From: Octopus sinensis
Taxonomy: Eukaryota
Assembly (NCBI RefSeq): GCF_006345805.1
Contig: NC_042997.1
Coordinates: 205,716,001-205,780,000, forward strand
Reading direction: 5' to 3'
DNA: 64,000 nucleotides
Every line of letters begins with the position of its first letter. The stretch's first letter is position 1. The notes beneath the pieces are model-generated. The model was not told where the DNA came from. It saw nothing but the letters and a program-made list of their open reading frames with translations, and ran no database searches. Of this stretch, positions 52,031 through 64,000 are shown in pieces. Made by a program: the position numbers and the translations under genes.

Positions 52031-54419
52031 AATCATTAATCATTAATAATTAATAATAATCATCATCATTATTTAGTGTCCGCTTTCCATGCTAGCATGG
52101 GTTGGACCGTTCAACTGGGGTCTGGGAAGCCAGAAGGCTGCACCAGGCCCAGTCTGATCTGGCAGTGTTTCTATTGCTGTATGCCCTTCCTAACGCCAAC
52201 CACTCCGTGAGTGTAGTGGCTGCTTTTACGTGCCACCGGCACAGGTGCCAGACGGGGCTGGCAAACAGCCACGGACAGATGGTGCTTTTTACGTCCACCG
52301 GCACAGGGGCCAGGCAAGGCTGGCAACGGCCAAGATCGGATTGTGCTTTTTATGTGCCACCAGCACGGAGGCCAGTCGGGGCGGTGCTGGCAACGGCCAC
52401 AGTCGGGTGGTGCTTTTATCGTGCCACCGGCAGGGAATGATAATAACATTAATCATATATAATAAACAGTGTTTAATAGAGACGGTGTGACAAAACACCA
52501 TAATATTCAATATCAACAAACAAATTGTTTACCTTTTGAATGAAATCTTTCCTTTTCCTGTTTATCCATCATTCCTTCATTTTCGGCTTTATTTTGGAGA
52601 TATTCTTCAAATTTCTGTAAAATTTAAAACCATGAGAATCATTTTTGTTTAATTTTTTGCTTTTTTTAAAGAGAAGAGATTTAATTTAACAAAAGACAAA
52701 CAAAATATTTAAAATATTTAATGATTTCTTTCTAATCAGTAATAAGGAAATGAGGAAAATTACTTTGTCACTCAGATCAAAGATATTCCATCCACGACCT
52801 TCCAGTCTACTGGGAGACATGGTATTGCAGTGGATGCGGCAGAAAAACCTTCCACACGAACCACTGATGTGGTGTTAGCGAAGTTAAACATGTGGCAATG
52901 GTGTCTTCATGTAGCTGAAGTTGTATTGTTTCTTCTCTCCACTCACAATTCTCATTAAAACTGCTGAGTCTTGTGTTTGCTGTTGAAATGTCTATCAAGA
53001 ATGTTGAAGTTGAGGTTCTTTGGTGCATCTTGTGTAGCCAAGAATATTTGAGCAACAAAAGCAGAGTACAAGGTAATTATTTTTTGATATTATAAGCAAG
53101 AAGGAGGAGGTGGAGGAGGTCCAACAATTAGGGTCATGGTCATTCATAAGAGAGATGACAAAGGAAAAGAAAGAACTTCAAAAACAGTTCTACAGTGGAC
53201 AGGAATTTCCCCTATTTCTTCATTACAGCATATGGACATAAAGAATGCCTTTGGTATTAACACTGCTTCTGTTGCTATTAATTATCTTTAATAAGCCTTC
53301 AGGCTATTTGTGACATCACTGTCTATATATCGTTGACAGGGAGATTTCGCTGTTATGTTGCTACAGGGTGTCTGTCACTGATGAACCTGAGCAGAGTGAA
53401 AATACATGATCTGGCAGTTCTGGTGCCTGTAGCAGATGACTGACATCTACCAACAAATAAATATGAGTGCCTTTATGGACCGTGCATCCATATGAGAGGT
53501 CCTCTCAAGGTAAATAAGGCAGTATTTGGTGTTCTAACACAACATCCACATTTAGTTGGATATAAAGATTGCTTTTGGTATTAATACTGCTTCTGATGCT
53601 ATTACTTTTAATTACCTTGATTTAGGTTCGGTCTCAATGTATGGCACCTTGAGCAAGTGTCTTTAACTATAGCCTTAGGCCAATCAAAGCTCTGTGATTG
53701 AGTCTGACAGGCAGTAAATGAGATAAGCCTGTCACACATATGTGTGTGTGTCTCCTTGCCTTTACATTATTTCTTAGCTGTAAACGAGTGTCCCTGTTAT
53801 GCAAGCAGTGTCCTTTGTTTCTAATAGTTTGTGATGTTTTGTAAAATGCAGAAATAGTTACCTCCCTTGGAACGAGGTGAGGGTTGGTGACAGAAAGGCG
53901 TCAAGCCATAGAATATCTAACTCCACAAATTCTATCGCACACGGGTGGTGGTGGTGGTGGTGGTGATGGAGATGAAGGTGATGAAGAGGATGTATTCTGT
54001 TCTCGTTACTTTTATTGTATTTTTTCAAAAGCTGTACTGTAATATCATCATCATCATCATCATAAATATATAAGAATGTATTTATGTGTGTCATTAGACA
54101 GAACCTAAAGCATTTTGTATTTGAGCCTCGATCTCTCCCCTCTTTCACATATAGGCCTCACCATGTTCTGCTGGGCTTTCTCCAATGGTGACGGGGAAAA
54201 TGCAAACAACTTTTGACAGAAAAATAAATTCAGTTGAGCTGCCCTTCCCCCACAAAATGGATGACAAAACAGGAAGAATAAACACGCTGGTCAACCGCAG
54301 TTAATGACATTTTGATTCATTTACTGCTTCTCTTAACACTCTTTTAAATAACACTTGCAGGAACATTTTTTTTCCAATTTTTCCTTCACTTCTTCTGTAG
54401 ACTTGTTTTTAACGTGACA

Positions 54420-55700
54420 ACCATTTATTTTATTGCAGTAAAGATTTACGGGGAAGTACCATAAATTGAATAGTTCTAGCCAATCTGTACCAAACAGATG
54501 AATAATTTTGCTTCACGTGTCTCTCCTCGGAATGTGACGTCGATACATGTTTTGTCCATCAAATGTAATCTGTCGCCCGTTACACCACATGCTATTTTCG
54601 CTGTTTTGCGTAATCTCAGTTTACCAATGTTTTCAAAGTATCTGCATTTATAATGAAGATGTCACTACCTGAGTCTAACTGTAACTTGGTATTCACATCA
54701 TTTATCTTTACATGCACGAATTTTCTTGTTTCTCAATCACAATCGATCTCCGCTGAAAACATCTTAGAACTTTTTGTATTTGAGCTTTGCTGTCTTGTTC
54801 TACAATGAGAACTCCTGTGTCCCAGCTTATGACAACTATAGCACTTTTTGTTTTTAAAAGGACAATCCTTTTCGTAGTGTAGGCCTCCATAACCATAACA
54901 CAGTTTGGGGCCTGATACGTTTTTGGATTCTGCTTTCCAGGTCAGCACATTTGAAGTTTTGCAGAGTCTTTATCCGCCATTATTTTCACATCATTTACTA
55001 TAGTCTGACGTTCTTCAGTGATGGTCTGTAGAGATGAATCCTGGTTTGCTTGCTCCATTTTCAAGAGAATCCTTGCCTGAATGTCTTCAAGTGCTATAAG
55101 TCCTTACATGAAGGTAAGTGATTTGAACATATCCTGAGTGAGATGCTGAAGTTTGAAATTTTCACACGTATGGCTGACTACTCCATTAAAGCGCTCAACA
55201 ATGAACTTTTACAAACAAAATTTTGAAAACAATTCCACGCTTTCTTGGAAATTAATCCCACTCAACTTTCTGGGCAGAATAAAGTTACAGTACTGCTCAT
55301 GTTTGGCAGGAGCTACCTTGTGTAGTGAAAGCCTTACTCCTCCTCTGACCGTGACTTGCACTCATTGTTAAAAATTTCCTCATATCTTCTATAATACACG
55401 GGAGACATAATATTCTCCTCTGGATTATACGTAAATTGTGTTAGCCGTGCCATCTGGCATAAACAATCTTACTGGACTTGCGGACTTCACTGACTGTAAA
55501 ACTCAATTACTGTTGTTGATGTTGTAGTATTTGTTTTTGCAGCTCTTGTGGTTGTCGCTGTTGCTTCTCTTGGAGCTATTTCCTGTGAAGTTTCAAACAA
55601 TCCTTGTTGCCAGATATGTTTATCCTCATGGATAAACAAATACACTGCAACAGTGTAATGAAAAACTGGCAGTATCCACGCAGAACATAACAACAATCCT
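54420..55700 (-). mobile_element. Degenerate Gypsy-type LTR retrotransposon: PBS-like site, gag, protease
   Basis: TGGCAACAAGG PBS-like motif at about 55602-55612; gag zinc knuckles CY..GGLHYEKDC and CYSCHKLGHRSSHC; aspartic protease motif LQLDSGSDI at about 54660-54690; stops and frameshifts. Confidence 0.75.
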
Positions 55701-56438
55701 TTAACAACCAACAAACCAACATGCTAACTCGATCTGTAAACTTTCAGCTCCAGCTTTGACTATCAACATATGAACTGTAGAACTAGCATGAATTGCCCTC
55801 CAACCCGAACTTCCACACTTATTCAGACCACTACTACTTTTTTATATATAGTGGCCCAGTCCATTCTCGCCAGGGGGCACTCTACTCTCACACAACAACA
55901 ACAATAATAATAATGATTGATAACATAATCTTGGACAGCAAGAACTAAAGAAATATAGGAGAGTAGCAAAACACATGAAAAGCTTTATATGGAAGAGTAT
56001 GGAAAGTACTGGCAGAGGTGGATATCAACAGAGGACTCTTCCAGGGGGACAGTGTGTCTCCACTGATTTTTTTTCACTGTGAATAAAACCCCTAAGTGAA
56101 AGACAGCAGCAGAAGACAAGTTGGGGTTGATGTGGGAAGAAAAGCGAAAACTTTACCAGCAGGCATTCAGGAATGACTCAAAATTGTTAACAAATAGTGA
56201 GACAGAACTGGACAGCTTAATCCAGTCTGTGCAGATTTTTGTGAATGATATCAAGATGGAGTTTGGACTCTCAAAATGTGCTACAGTGGTGATGAGACCA
56301 AGTAAGCTTGCCAGAACAGAAGGCATATGGATGTCATGCAGGGAAATTTATAAAATGATTCCAGATTCTTGTTTCTATTTTCTTCATTTCTTGCAGAATA
56401 TGCTTTTGGTAAATTCCAAAATATCAACATCAACCAAC

Positions 56439-56663
56439 CTTTGCAACCAAACCTCCACAAACAAACCATCTGAAACAAACTGCTTCTATCAGTAACATTG
56501 ATGCTTGAATTTTGATCTGAATAGTTTTTCACTGCTTCACATGTTCGGGTATTCCAATTATTCATTTCAGCCCCTAATATAGGAAATGCCAGGCTCTTTG
56601 CTCCCATTCTGTCAGCTTCTCCAGACAAATGGTTATTATTCGAGTCAAGTTTGCCAGAATAAT
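56439..56663 (-). pseudogene. PARP14: PARP14-like copy 2: disrupted macrodomain C-terminal exon
   Basis: Homologous to 519-746 but has a 1-nt deletion after TGTCTGGA (frameshift), deletions around the KYPIG and RTMYE segments, and a replaced 3' third. Confidence 0.8.
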
Positions 56664-57272
56664 CTAATAAAAATAATTGTTTAGTAATTGATAATGAACA
56701 TTTTATTAAATTATTTTCTTATTACAGGAAGAAACCTTTAAGTTGTAATAAATATATCCTCCTCTCACAACTCCTCTCACTCCTACCACTTCTAAACACA
56801 ACTGTCATTCCTATCACTCTTTAGTCCTGCAAGGGACAAGGCAACCTCAATCATGATGCTGCTACAATAAAACAGACCCCATCCACCATGTAAAATGGTT
56901 GGTGAATGAAGAGAGACAATGCAGATCCAAGAGGAGTCTTTAGTGTTGTTGAGGACATGACAACCTCTCTAGTGCTCGTCCATAACAGAGAAAAACTCAC
57001 CAATACAGACAGTAAAACAGAGAAATATGTTTTAATATAGTCTTATTTATCAGTCAAATAACTGTTGTTGGGCCATGAGGCTTTTTTCCTTCTATTTATA
57101 TATAAAAGTGTCCTGTTCATCGATATCTTCTGCTTCCTTCCAATGATAACTTGGAAGAACAAATATTAAACAGGATGCTGACATTTGCTTTATGATTCTC
57201 ACAAAACATGCATAAGGTTCTCTTCAAACATTAACTGTTTCAATAAATCAATATAATATGATTGATACTTAC

Positions 57273-57500
57273 TGAATCAGAGGAATATTCATTCCAGTAA
57301 GGTAATGCCAGATGAAATACATTCTTACAGTTGAGGTTATATCCTTTAGTGACGGCAATTTCAGATATAGAAATACCTCGAGAATATTCCTCGTTGCATT
57401 CATTTTGTATTTGTGGACCAGCAGCATTGAGAATAGATTTGGAGACAGCACCACTGTTAAGCTGGAGGCTTTTATTGGTGCTGTTAACGATGACATCAAC
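57273..57500 (-). CDS. PARP14: PARP14-like copy 2: macrodomain N-terminal half (paralog of 1345-1572)
   Basis: 228 nt, intact splice sites, open: VDVIVNSTNKSLQLNSGAVSKSILNAAGPQIQNECNEEYSRGISISEIAVTKGYNLNCKNVFHLALPYWNEYSSDS. Confidence 0.7.
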
Positions 57501-57781
57501 CTAGAAAAGTAATTGATGGTAAACAACGAAGGAACATTCCATGGAGAGAAGAGAGATACATTGTTGCAGTTGATATTGTTGTTAAGAAAGGCTCTATAGA
57601 ATGGCTGTAGTAAGTTTGAGGTTGTTAAAGTTAGCAAAAGATATACCCAAGATATCAGATGTGAAGGAAATAAAATGTTTGAGTTTGATTGAGAAAATGT
57701 TTTAATTAACTTTAATGATTCCTCATTTGAAAATGAAATAACAATTAAACGTAAATATGTTAAGTGAATCTATTTACTCAC

Positions 57782-57918
57782 AGATGCATTAGAAATTGAA
57801 TCAGTCGATAGTTGTATTTTGATGCCAGCATTTTCTCTGGATGTCTCATTATTTCTGGGTGCCACAGAAGAGATTTCCTTTTGCGAAACATGAAGAGATG
57901 TGTTTGATGATGTGGTGT
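57782..57918 (-). CDS. PARP14: PARP14-like copy 2: linker exon (paralog of 1850-1986)
   Basis: Same 137-nt exon with intact splice sites; 2 nt differences from copy 1, both non-synonymous (K/N, T/N). May belong to a pseudogene. Confidence 0.6.
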
Positions 57919-58019
57919 CTGAAAAAAACAAACAAATATCAACATATGTACACTTTATACACACACACACACACACACACACATATGTCATCATCATTTA
58001 ACGTCCGTATATGTATTTC

Positions 58020-59612
58020 ATGTTTGGATTTGGTTTGCAAGATTCTTTATGTGAGTTTGTGTGTTGAAGCATATTCTGTTGTGTCTGGGGAGAGTCATTT
58101 TCTTTTCGTGCCTTATAATTTAACACACTCACTGCCAAAATTTCCACTTATTTCTCCTTTTTATTTTGTTCAAATTTTCGTTGCATCTTGCAACCTTTTC
58201 AATAGTCTTGACTCTGTCCGTTATTTACACTGCGTTCCTTTTTGTTTGTTTGTGCGCATGTGTGTGGGTCAGTGTGTGTGTGTGTCTATGCATGCATGTG
58301 TGTGTGTATACATATGTATATATGTATGTATGTGTGTGCATCTGTATGTATGTAATCTGCATATTCATGTGCTTGCATGTCCGTGTTTGTGTATGTTTTA
58401 TGTATGTGTGTATGTGAGAGTGTTTTTGTGTATGTATGCACCTCTCTCTCCTTGTGTGTGTGTGTGTGTGTGTATGTATGGATGTGCATTTCTATATGTG
58501 TGGACACGTATCTCCATATGTGTCCTTATGTGGAGTATTTGTCTGAGTGTTGGGTCTTTTGATTGCTTGGATGAGATGCAGATGTCAAGTTGACCCAAGT
58601 TGCCTCCATGATGGTCTTTGGGATGTTGGTAGAGTATGGAGGACTGCTTTTTGTTGTCATATTGTCTCAAATGTTCATTTAGTCTTTCAGCTATGCTCCT
58701 AGATGTCTCCCCTATGTACGTCATGTTCATGTCTTTACAAGCACCTTCAAAGCATTCTATGCTATAAATACATTTCGAGTTCTACAGTTAATGCCAGGGC
58801 TAATCCTACATACCATGCAGTTATCATTGGTGCATATGGTATTCTTAAAGGGGTACGTCCTACATAGTTATGATCTGACGGAGTTCCCTGGCTTTTCCAC
58901 AATCTTAATGTCGAGTTTGGTCTCCTTCAGAGCTTCCCTAAATCTACAGGCTAGTTCTCCATGGGATTTGGCCTCTACAAACATCACTCCTTCATATTTA
59001 TCACTTTTCTGCCATGTGTTCACCCCGTTTGCTTTGTCACAAGTGCTCTGTATCCTATTCCATTCTTTGTTTCTATATCTAGGGCAGCTACCACTGGTAT
59101 CATTACGTATAATGTTATCAGATTTATTTCTAGCACCCCTGTACACTCGAACTCTATCTTTTTGATCATATCCAGAGAACTGCATGCGGTGCATAAAGTT
59201 CTGTATGTGTTTTGTCGTTTCATAGGGTTCGCATAGTGGGGACACATTGTTCATTATTCTAATTAAGTCTGCTATCAGTATGGTTTAATTTCCATGTTGT
59301 GTGAGAAAGGTGAGTTCTTGTGAACGACATAGTTTGAAGTTATGGGTTCCATGTAATAAGAGTGGAGGAGCTGCACTCTTTTGTTCACAGTCTCTAACCC
59401 AAGTTCAGTATCAAGTACAGGGAGTCCATTGTTGGGGTGCTTAGTGGGGTTTAATCTATAGTTACCTTGATACTTTGGTGGATGGAGTTAGCTATTTGCT
59501 GGAGGCTCTCCATTACGTTCTTCTCAGTTTCTACATTAAGCGGACATTTCACCGGTGAGTGTGTAAAATTATAAGGCACAAAAAGAAAATGACCCTCCCC
59601 CGAGACACAACA

Positions 59613-59613
<1 letters not shown>
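58020..59613 (-). mobile_element. Penelope-like element with RT C-terminus, GIY-YIG and inverted terminal repeat
   Basis: RMQFSGY thumb region and TYIGETSRSIAERLNEH; 59549-59613 is an inverted copy of 58076-58133. Confidence 0.8.
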
Positions 59614-59653
<40 letters not shown>

Positions 59654-60789
59654 CAACAGTAACTTCAAAAACCAGCCAACCATACACTTAACGCTTTACC
59701 AGTCTGGGGTGCACATAGGCCAAATTGACTAAATCATTAGTTTTATTTTGATGCCATCATATTTTCTGGATGTCACTTTAGTTCTGGGTGTCATAGAGGA
59801 CGATTCCTGTTGAGGACTAAGAAGGTCTGATGGTTTGGTTCCTGAAAATTAACAAATATAAACATACATACATACACACACACAAACATACACATTTTCA
59901 ATCATAAAGTCTGCTCTATTCTTTAGATTGTGCTTCTCATTCTGATATATGTTATATTGATAATTCATATATATATATATATATCTTAGCTGGGCATAAG
60001 AACCATCAGATGTGGTGTACAAGAGAGACAACTGCACACGACATCTGAAGAAGTTCCAATCTCTACCAGTGGGAGGAAGCTGTAGAAGAGGGAGGCCCAG
60101 GAAGACATGGAATGAGGTGCTTAAGCATAATCATCAAATGATGGGCCATATGGAAGCAATGACTAGTGACCGAGACATTTGGCGATATGTCATACTTGAG
60201 AAGACATATGGTCAAGGAATATGGCGACCTGGCAGCTGGAGTCTTAGAGTAGCTGTCCACCGAAGTTCCATATAATATGGGAAGGAAAAAGGAAAAGGAG
60301 GAAAATACAATGTTACTAAAACAAAGACACATTCACATGTAGACAAACAAATGGTTTGATTAGAGTATAATCAATTTGGCGAGGAAACTAAAGAGAAAAT
60401 ATTACGACGATGACCACCACAGATCTACAATGGAAGAATTCACCACGTGTAGTTGAGGGTAAAAGAAAACGTTGAACGACAGTAAGTACGTCCAAAATTT
60501 ATAAAGCAGTGACATACATACATACATAGATACTTGTAGCAGACATGTATATACGTGCAGAGTGAAAAGAAATCACACTATTTAATGTGACGGAGTACAC
60601 TGCAAAAAATTAAAAAATCACTGATTTCATTTCTGTTTACAAACTTTCTCCGTGTCTACACTAAACATACGCACAAATCCTTTTATATATACACACGCAA
60701 TATTTAAGAACAAAAGGAATATACACAAAAAAAGAACGAATTAAAAACAAATATTTTATATTTTACTTTTATCGTATTGTTGTTTACAT

Positions 60790-63700
60790 TTTCTGTCTCT
60801 ACGGATGACCAGAAGCAACAGAATCGCCATGGTGGAATCCATAGCGGCGTGCGATAAGACTGGTCGCTGCTCCAAAATAGAACACTGCCCAGAAAATCAC
60901 ACCTGCCACATCTGTACGGAACCCGAAAATACGTTCCGTAATCGCTGGGTCGAATGTGGGACATGCCTCCTCTCTGTCTGCCTCCAAGTGCCACGGACTT
61001 TCAGAAGATCCCAGGCCAAAAAAAGAGCCATCATAATGCTATGATGGATAGACTCTGGAAGATGGTTCAGCTTAAATCTTGGACTTTTCAGTGTCAGGCC
61101 TGCGTGCCTCCACAACCGACGATTGTGTCCCCCCTGCCACTCCCGTGGAGGAGGCGGAACAGCAACAGCAGCAACAACAAAATCAACCACAACTAGAGCA
61201 AGCAGCAGCAAAAAACAACAAACAGCAGCAACAACAAAATCAACCACAACCAGAGCAGCAGCAGCAACAACAACAACACCAATTGACCAGTGCGGTTCTT
61301 GCAGAACTGCAACAATCGATCTGTGCTTTAAGAGGGGAAGTAGCAGGAATAAAAGCAACCATTCAGGTTGGACTCCACAATGAGGGGTCTTATCGGAATG
61401 CTCTGCTAAAGAACCTCCCTGTACCTGTACCTCTTGTCGCATCTAAGACCGCGGATTCTGCTACCCATGAAGTCATTGCCATTGGGGTGCCTGAAGACAT
61501 GGCTGATCTTCAGGCATTTGCTGCCAACTCAGCCAAAGACCTAGGCTGCGTTCCCCCAACGGGTGCTATCCGCCTTGGACGACCTGGCCCAAAACCTAGG
61601 CTCATCAAGCTGTCTTTTTCGGACCACACTGAGGCAACCTCTTACCATCTGGCCTCAGTTAAAGCTGGGTGTGAAAATCGGACCAGCTTCCGAACACGCC
61701 CAGGCTTACCGTCCGATCTACGTCCGAAGCTAAGTGTAGCGGCTTCCCTGAATAGGAACTCAGCTCTACAGGAAAGCTTAAGTCTTCGGGAAGATGGACA
61801 AATCTGGAGATTTGTCAAGACTGATGAAACGTGGAAGAGAGATACCAGCTGGTCTGAGTGCTCTCTACCCACAATAACTAAAAAGAATACAGCAACTCAG
61901 GGAAACTAAGCCAGGACAATCTGCCATCCTCCACACACCATCATAAACTGCGAGCAGGGTACAAATTGTTGTCCTTAAATGCTCGCAGTTCATGCAACAA
62001 AATACAATTGTTCAACGCCTACGTCAGAAGTGTTGACCCTGACTTTCATCACTGTCACGGAAACATGGGCGCATTCCTTACTCTGTGATGGGGTTTTCAA
62101 CATCACGGGCTACAACCTCTGCCGTAAGGACCGTACTAACCGCCGTGGTGGTGGTGTGATGGTCTACGTTCGTTCAAATTTTTTGGTAATTCCTTGTGCC
62201 GATTTGAACGAATCACAAGAAGAAGTTTTTTTCTGTGACGTACGTATGACCATGTCAACACTCCTGCTTGACGTTGTTTATCGTCCCCCAAATTACCATC
62301 AGGACACACAGCTTTGCAACATCCTCCGAGCTGCAGCCAGGAAAACAGCCACTTATGTGTTTATTGCAGGCGATTTCAATCATCCTGAGATCGATTGGGA
62401 AACCTTCCGTTGGCCACAGAGTGCAAACGATTTTGTTGAGCTTGTGCTGGACTCAAACTGGTCACAAGTAGTCACCTCTCCAACAAGAGGCGACAACACC
62501 TTGGACCTGCTCTTCACCACAACTCCTGAAGCGGTTATCAATTGCACTACGGAGGAACCTCTAGGTGACTCTGATCATGCTATGATCATCGCCAATCTGG
62601 CTCTTGCGGGCAACAAACACCTGAACCATCTCCAATCTGCTTCCTTCGATTGGAAGAGAGCAGATTGGAACCTGTACCACACTGAACTACAGCACCCAAA
62701 CTGGCGTGAATTCTACAACTCTGGAGATGTGAATACTATACTCCAGAGTATCCTGGACTCAATATGGGCAGCATGTGCAGCATCAGTGCCACGTAAACAA
62801 AAAAAGTAGAACCGCCCCAAAAGGGCAATTTGGGAAACTTCAGCGGTCCGACTTGCCAGGAAGGAACGTCGGACTGCTGAACAGGAATACAAGTTGCATA
62901 AATCAGACACCAACAGGAAGAAGCGGAATAAATCCTCCAACCATCTCAAGCAAGTGACAAAAAAATGCAGTGCTTGAATTTGAACAGTGCATAGCAGCCA
63001 ATCCTGACAGCAAGGTTTTCTGAAAATATGTGCATTCAAAGCAGAGACCTCACTCTCCAGTGGGCCCTCTTCGCAACCCTCACACGAACCAGATCACTGA
63101 CGACCCCAAGGAATGCGCAGAACTCATTGCCGAGTGCTATGCAAACATATTCACTGTCGAAAGTCAAAATGTACCATCTTCACCATCACTAACAGCAAAC
63201 TCCATAACAACTATGGAATTTACACCTGAAATGCTGCGACGTCACCTTCAAAATAAGCGCAACTATGCCTCCCCTGGTCTCGATGGAGTTACATACCTGC
63301 TTCTCAAACGTGGCAGGCACTTCCTTTTACACCAGCTTTCTATTTTCTTCCAGTACTGTCTCAACAATGGTGCTACTCCGGAGCAGTGGAAAACTGCCAG
63401 TGTCATTCTCTCTGTTCAAAAAGGGTGACCGCACATCACCTGTCAACTATCGCCCAGTCAGTCTCACTAGCTGTATTGCAAAACTGATGGAATCGTGTGT
63501 CAGAGAAACACTCTGGAACTTCTGGAGCTCTCACAGTCTCATCCGACCCTCACAATATGGATTTGTCCCTAACTCCAGCTGCAGTGACCAGCTTGTCGAG
63601 TTCCTTGAGGACATTACTCAGATCACTGACAGTGGCTCATGGGTGGATGTTGTCTACCTTGACTTTGCTAAGGCTTTCAACTCTGTGCCACACAAAAGGC

Positions 63701-64000
63701 TTATGGTGAAACTCTCTGCAATGGGTGTGGGGGATGACCTTTTTAACTGGTTGAAATCCTTCATCCTCAGCCGAAAGGAGGTAGTCACAGTTCTAGGACA
63801 GCACTCTACACCATATGAGATGTCATCGGGTGTACCACAGGGATCTGTCCTTGGTCCCCTCCTGTTTGTGGCATACATTAATGACATAGATGCCAATTTA
63901 AAGAATGCCACAGTATTGAAATATGCAGACGACATCAAGCTGTACCTTGAAATCAAGAGGACTGATCCTGATGTCTACAACTCTTTCCTGCAATCAGACC
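60790..64000 (+). mobile_element. CR1-clade LINE: ORF1 (PHD-like finger, poly-Q) and ORF2 (APE endonuclease, RT); runs off the window; frameshifted
   Basis: 61979-62809 APE motifs (VTETW, RKDR..RRGGGV, VVYRPP, GDFNHP, NTLDL, SDH); RT motifs QYGF, DFAKAFNSVPH, GVPQGSVLGP, YADD at 63922-63933; in-frame stops at 62807 and 63426. Confidence 0.92.

Larger units (their letters stand above)
54882..59096 (+). repeat. Segmental duplication, direct-orientation paralog of 1-3523
   Basis: Collinear match from GGCCTCCATAACCATAAC to GGGCAGCTACCACTG, covering the gag remnant, LINE fragment, three exons, introns and Penelope piece; about 3% substitution in the two introns counted. Confidence 0.95.

Noticed and set aside
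53380-53460. C/D snoRNA or SECIS candidate
   Set aside because: The C box lacks the 5' purine and a terminal stem; the SECIS core would be CUGA/GG rather than AUGA/GA.
60897-61442. 181-aa minus-strand ORF with V/A/L runs resembling a membrane protein
   Set aside because: Antisense shadow of the CAA/CAG tract in CR1 ORF1.

Overview
Repeat-dense, AT-rich metazoan genomic DNA, very likely from an octopus (inferred from tRNA/CORE-type SINEs resembling the octopus OR/OK families and dense CA/AAT/GAT microsatellites). It is not prokaryotic: no operons, CRISPR, rRNA or true tRNA. Three contigs are joined by two 100-N gaps (14183-14282, 48745-48844). The only host-gene sequence I can support is spliced exons of PARP14-like genes: three plus-strand exons encoding N-terminal RRM-type domains (14.7, 27.9, 31.9 kb), and a minus-strand linker + macrodomain exon triplet present twice (0.5-2.0 kb, frame intact; 56.4-57.9 kb, third exon broken) inside a ~4 kb segmental duplication. 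The rest is transposon debris (Penelope-like, R4/Dong-like RLE LINEs, RTE, CR1, Gypsy, a Chapaev-like DNA transposon, SINEs) plus three tandem arrays (88, 58 and 115 bp units), each amplified from an internal piece of a different mobile element. The most interesting signal is that the duplicated macrodomain exon has diverged about 2.5 times more than its flanking introns, almost entirely by amino-acid changes. The many 71-aa ORFs in the track are artefacts of the 88-bp array. All counts and alignments were done by eye; family names come from motif recognition, not database searches.
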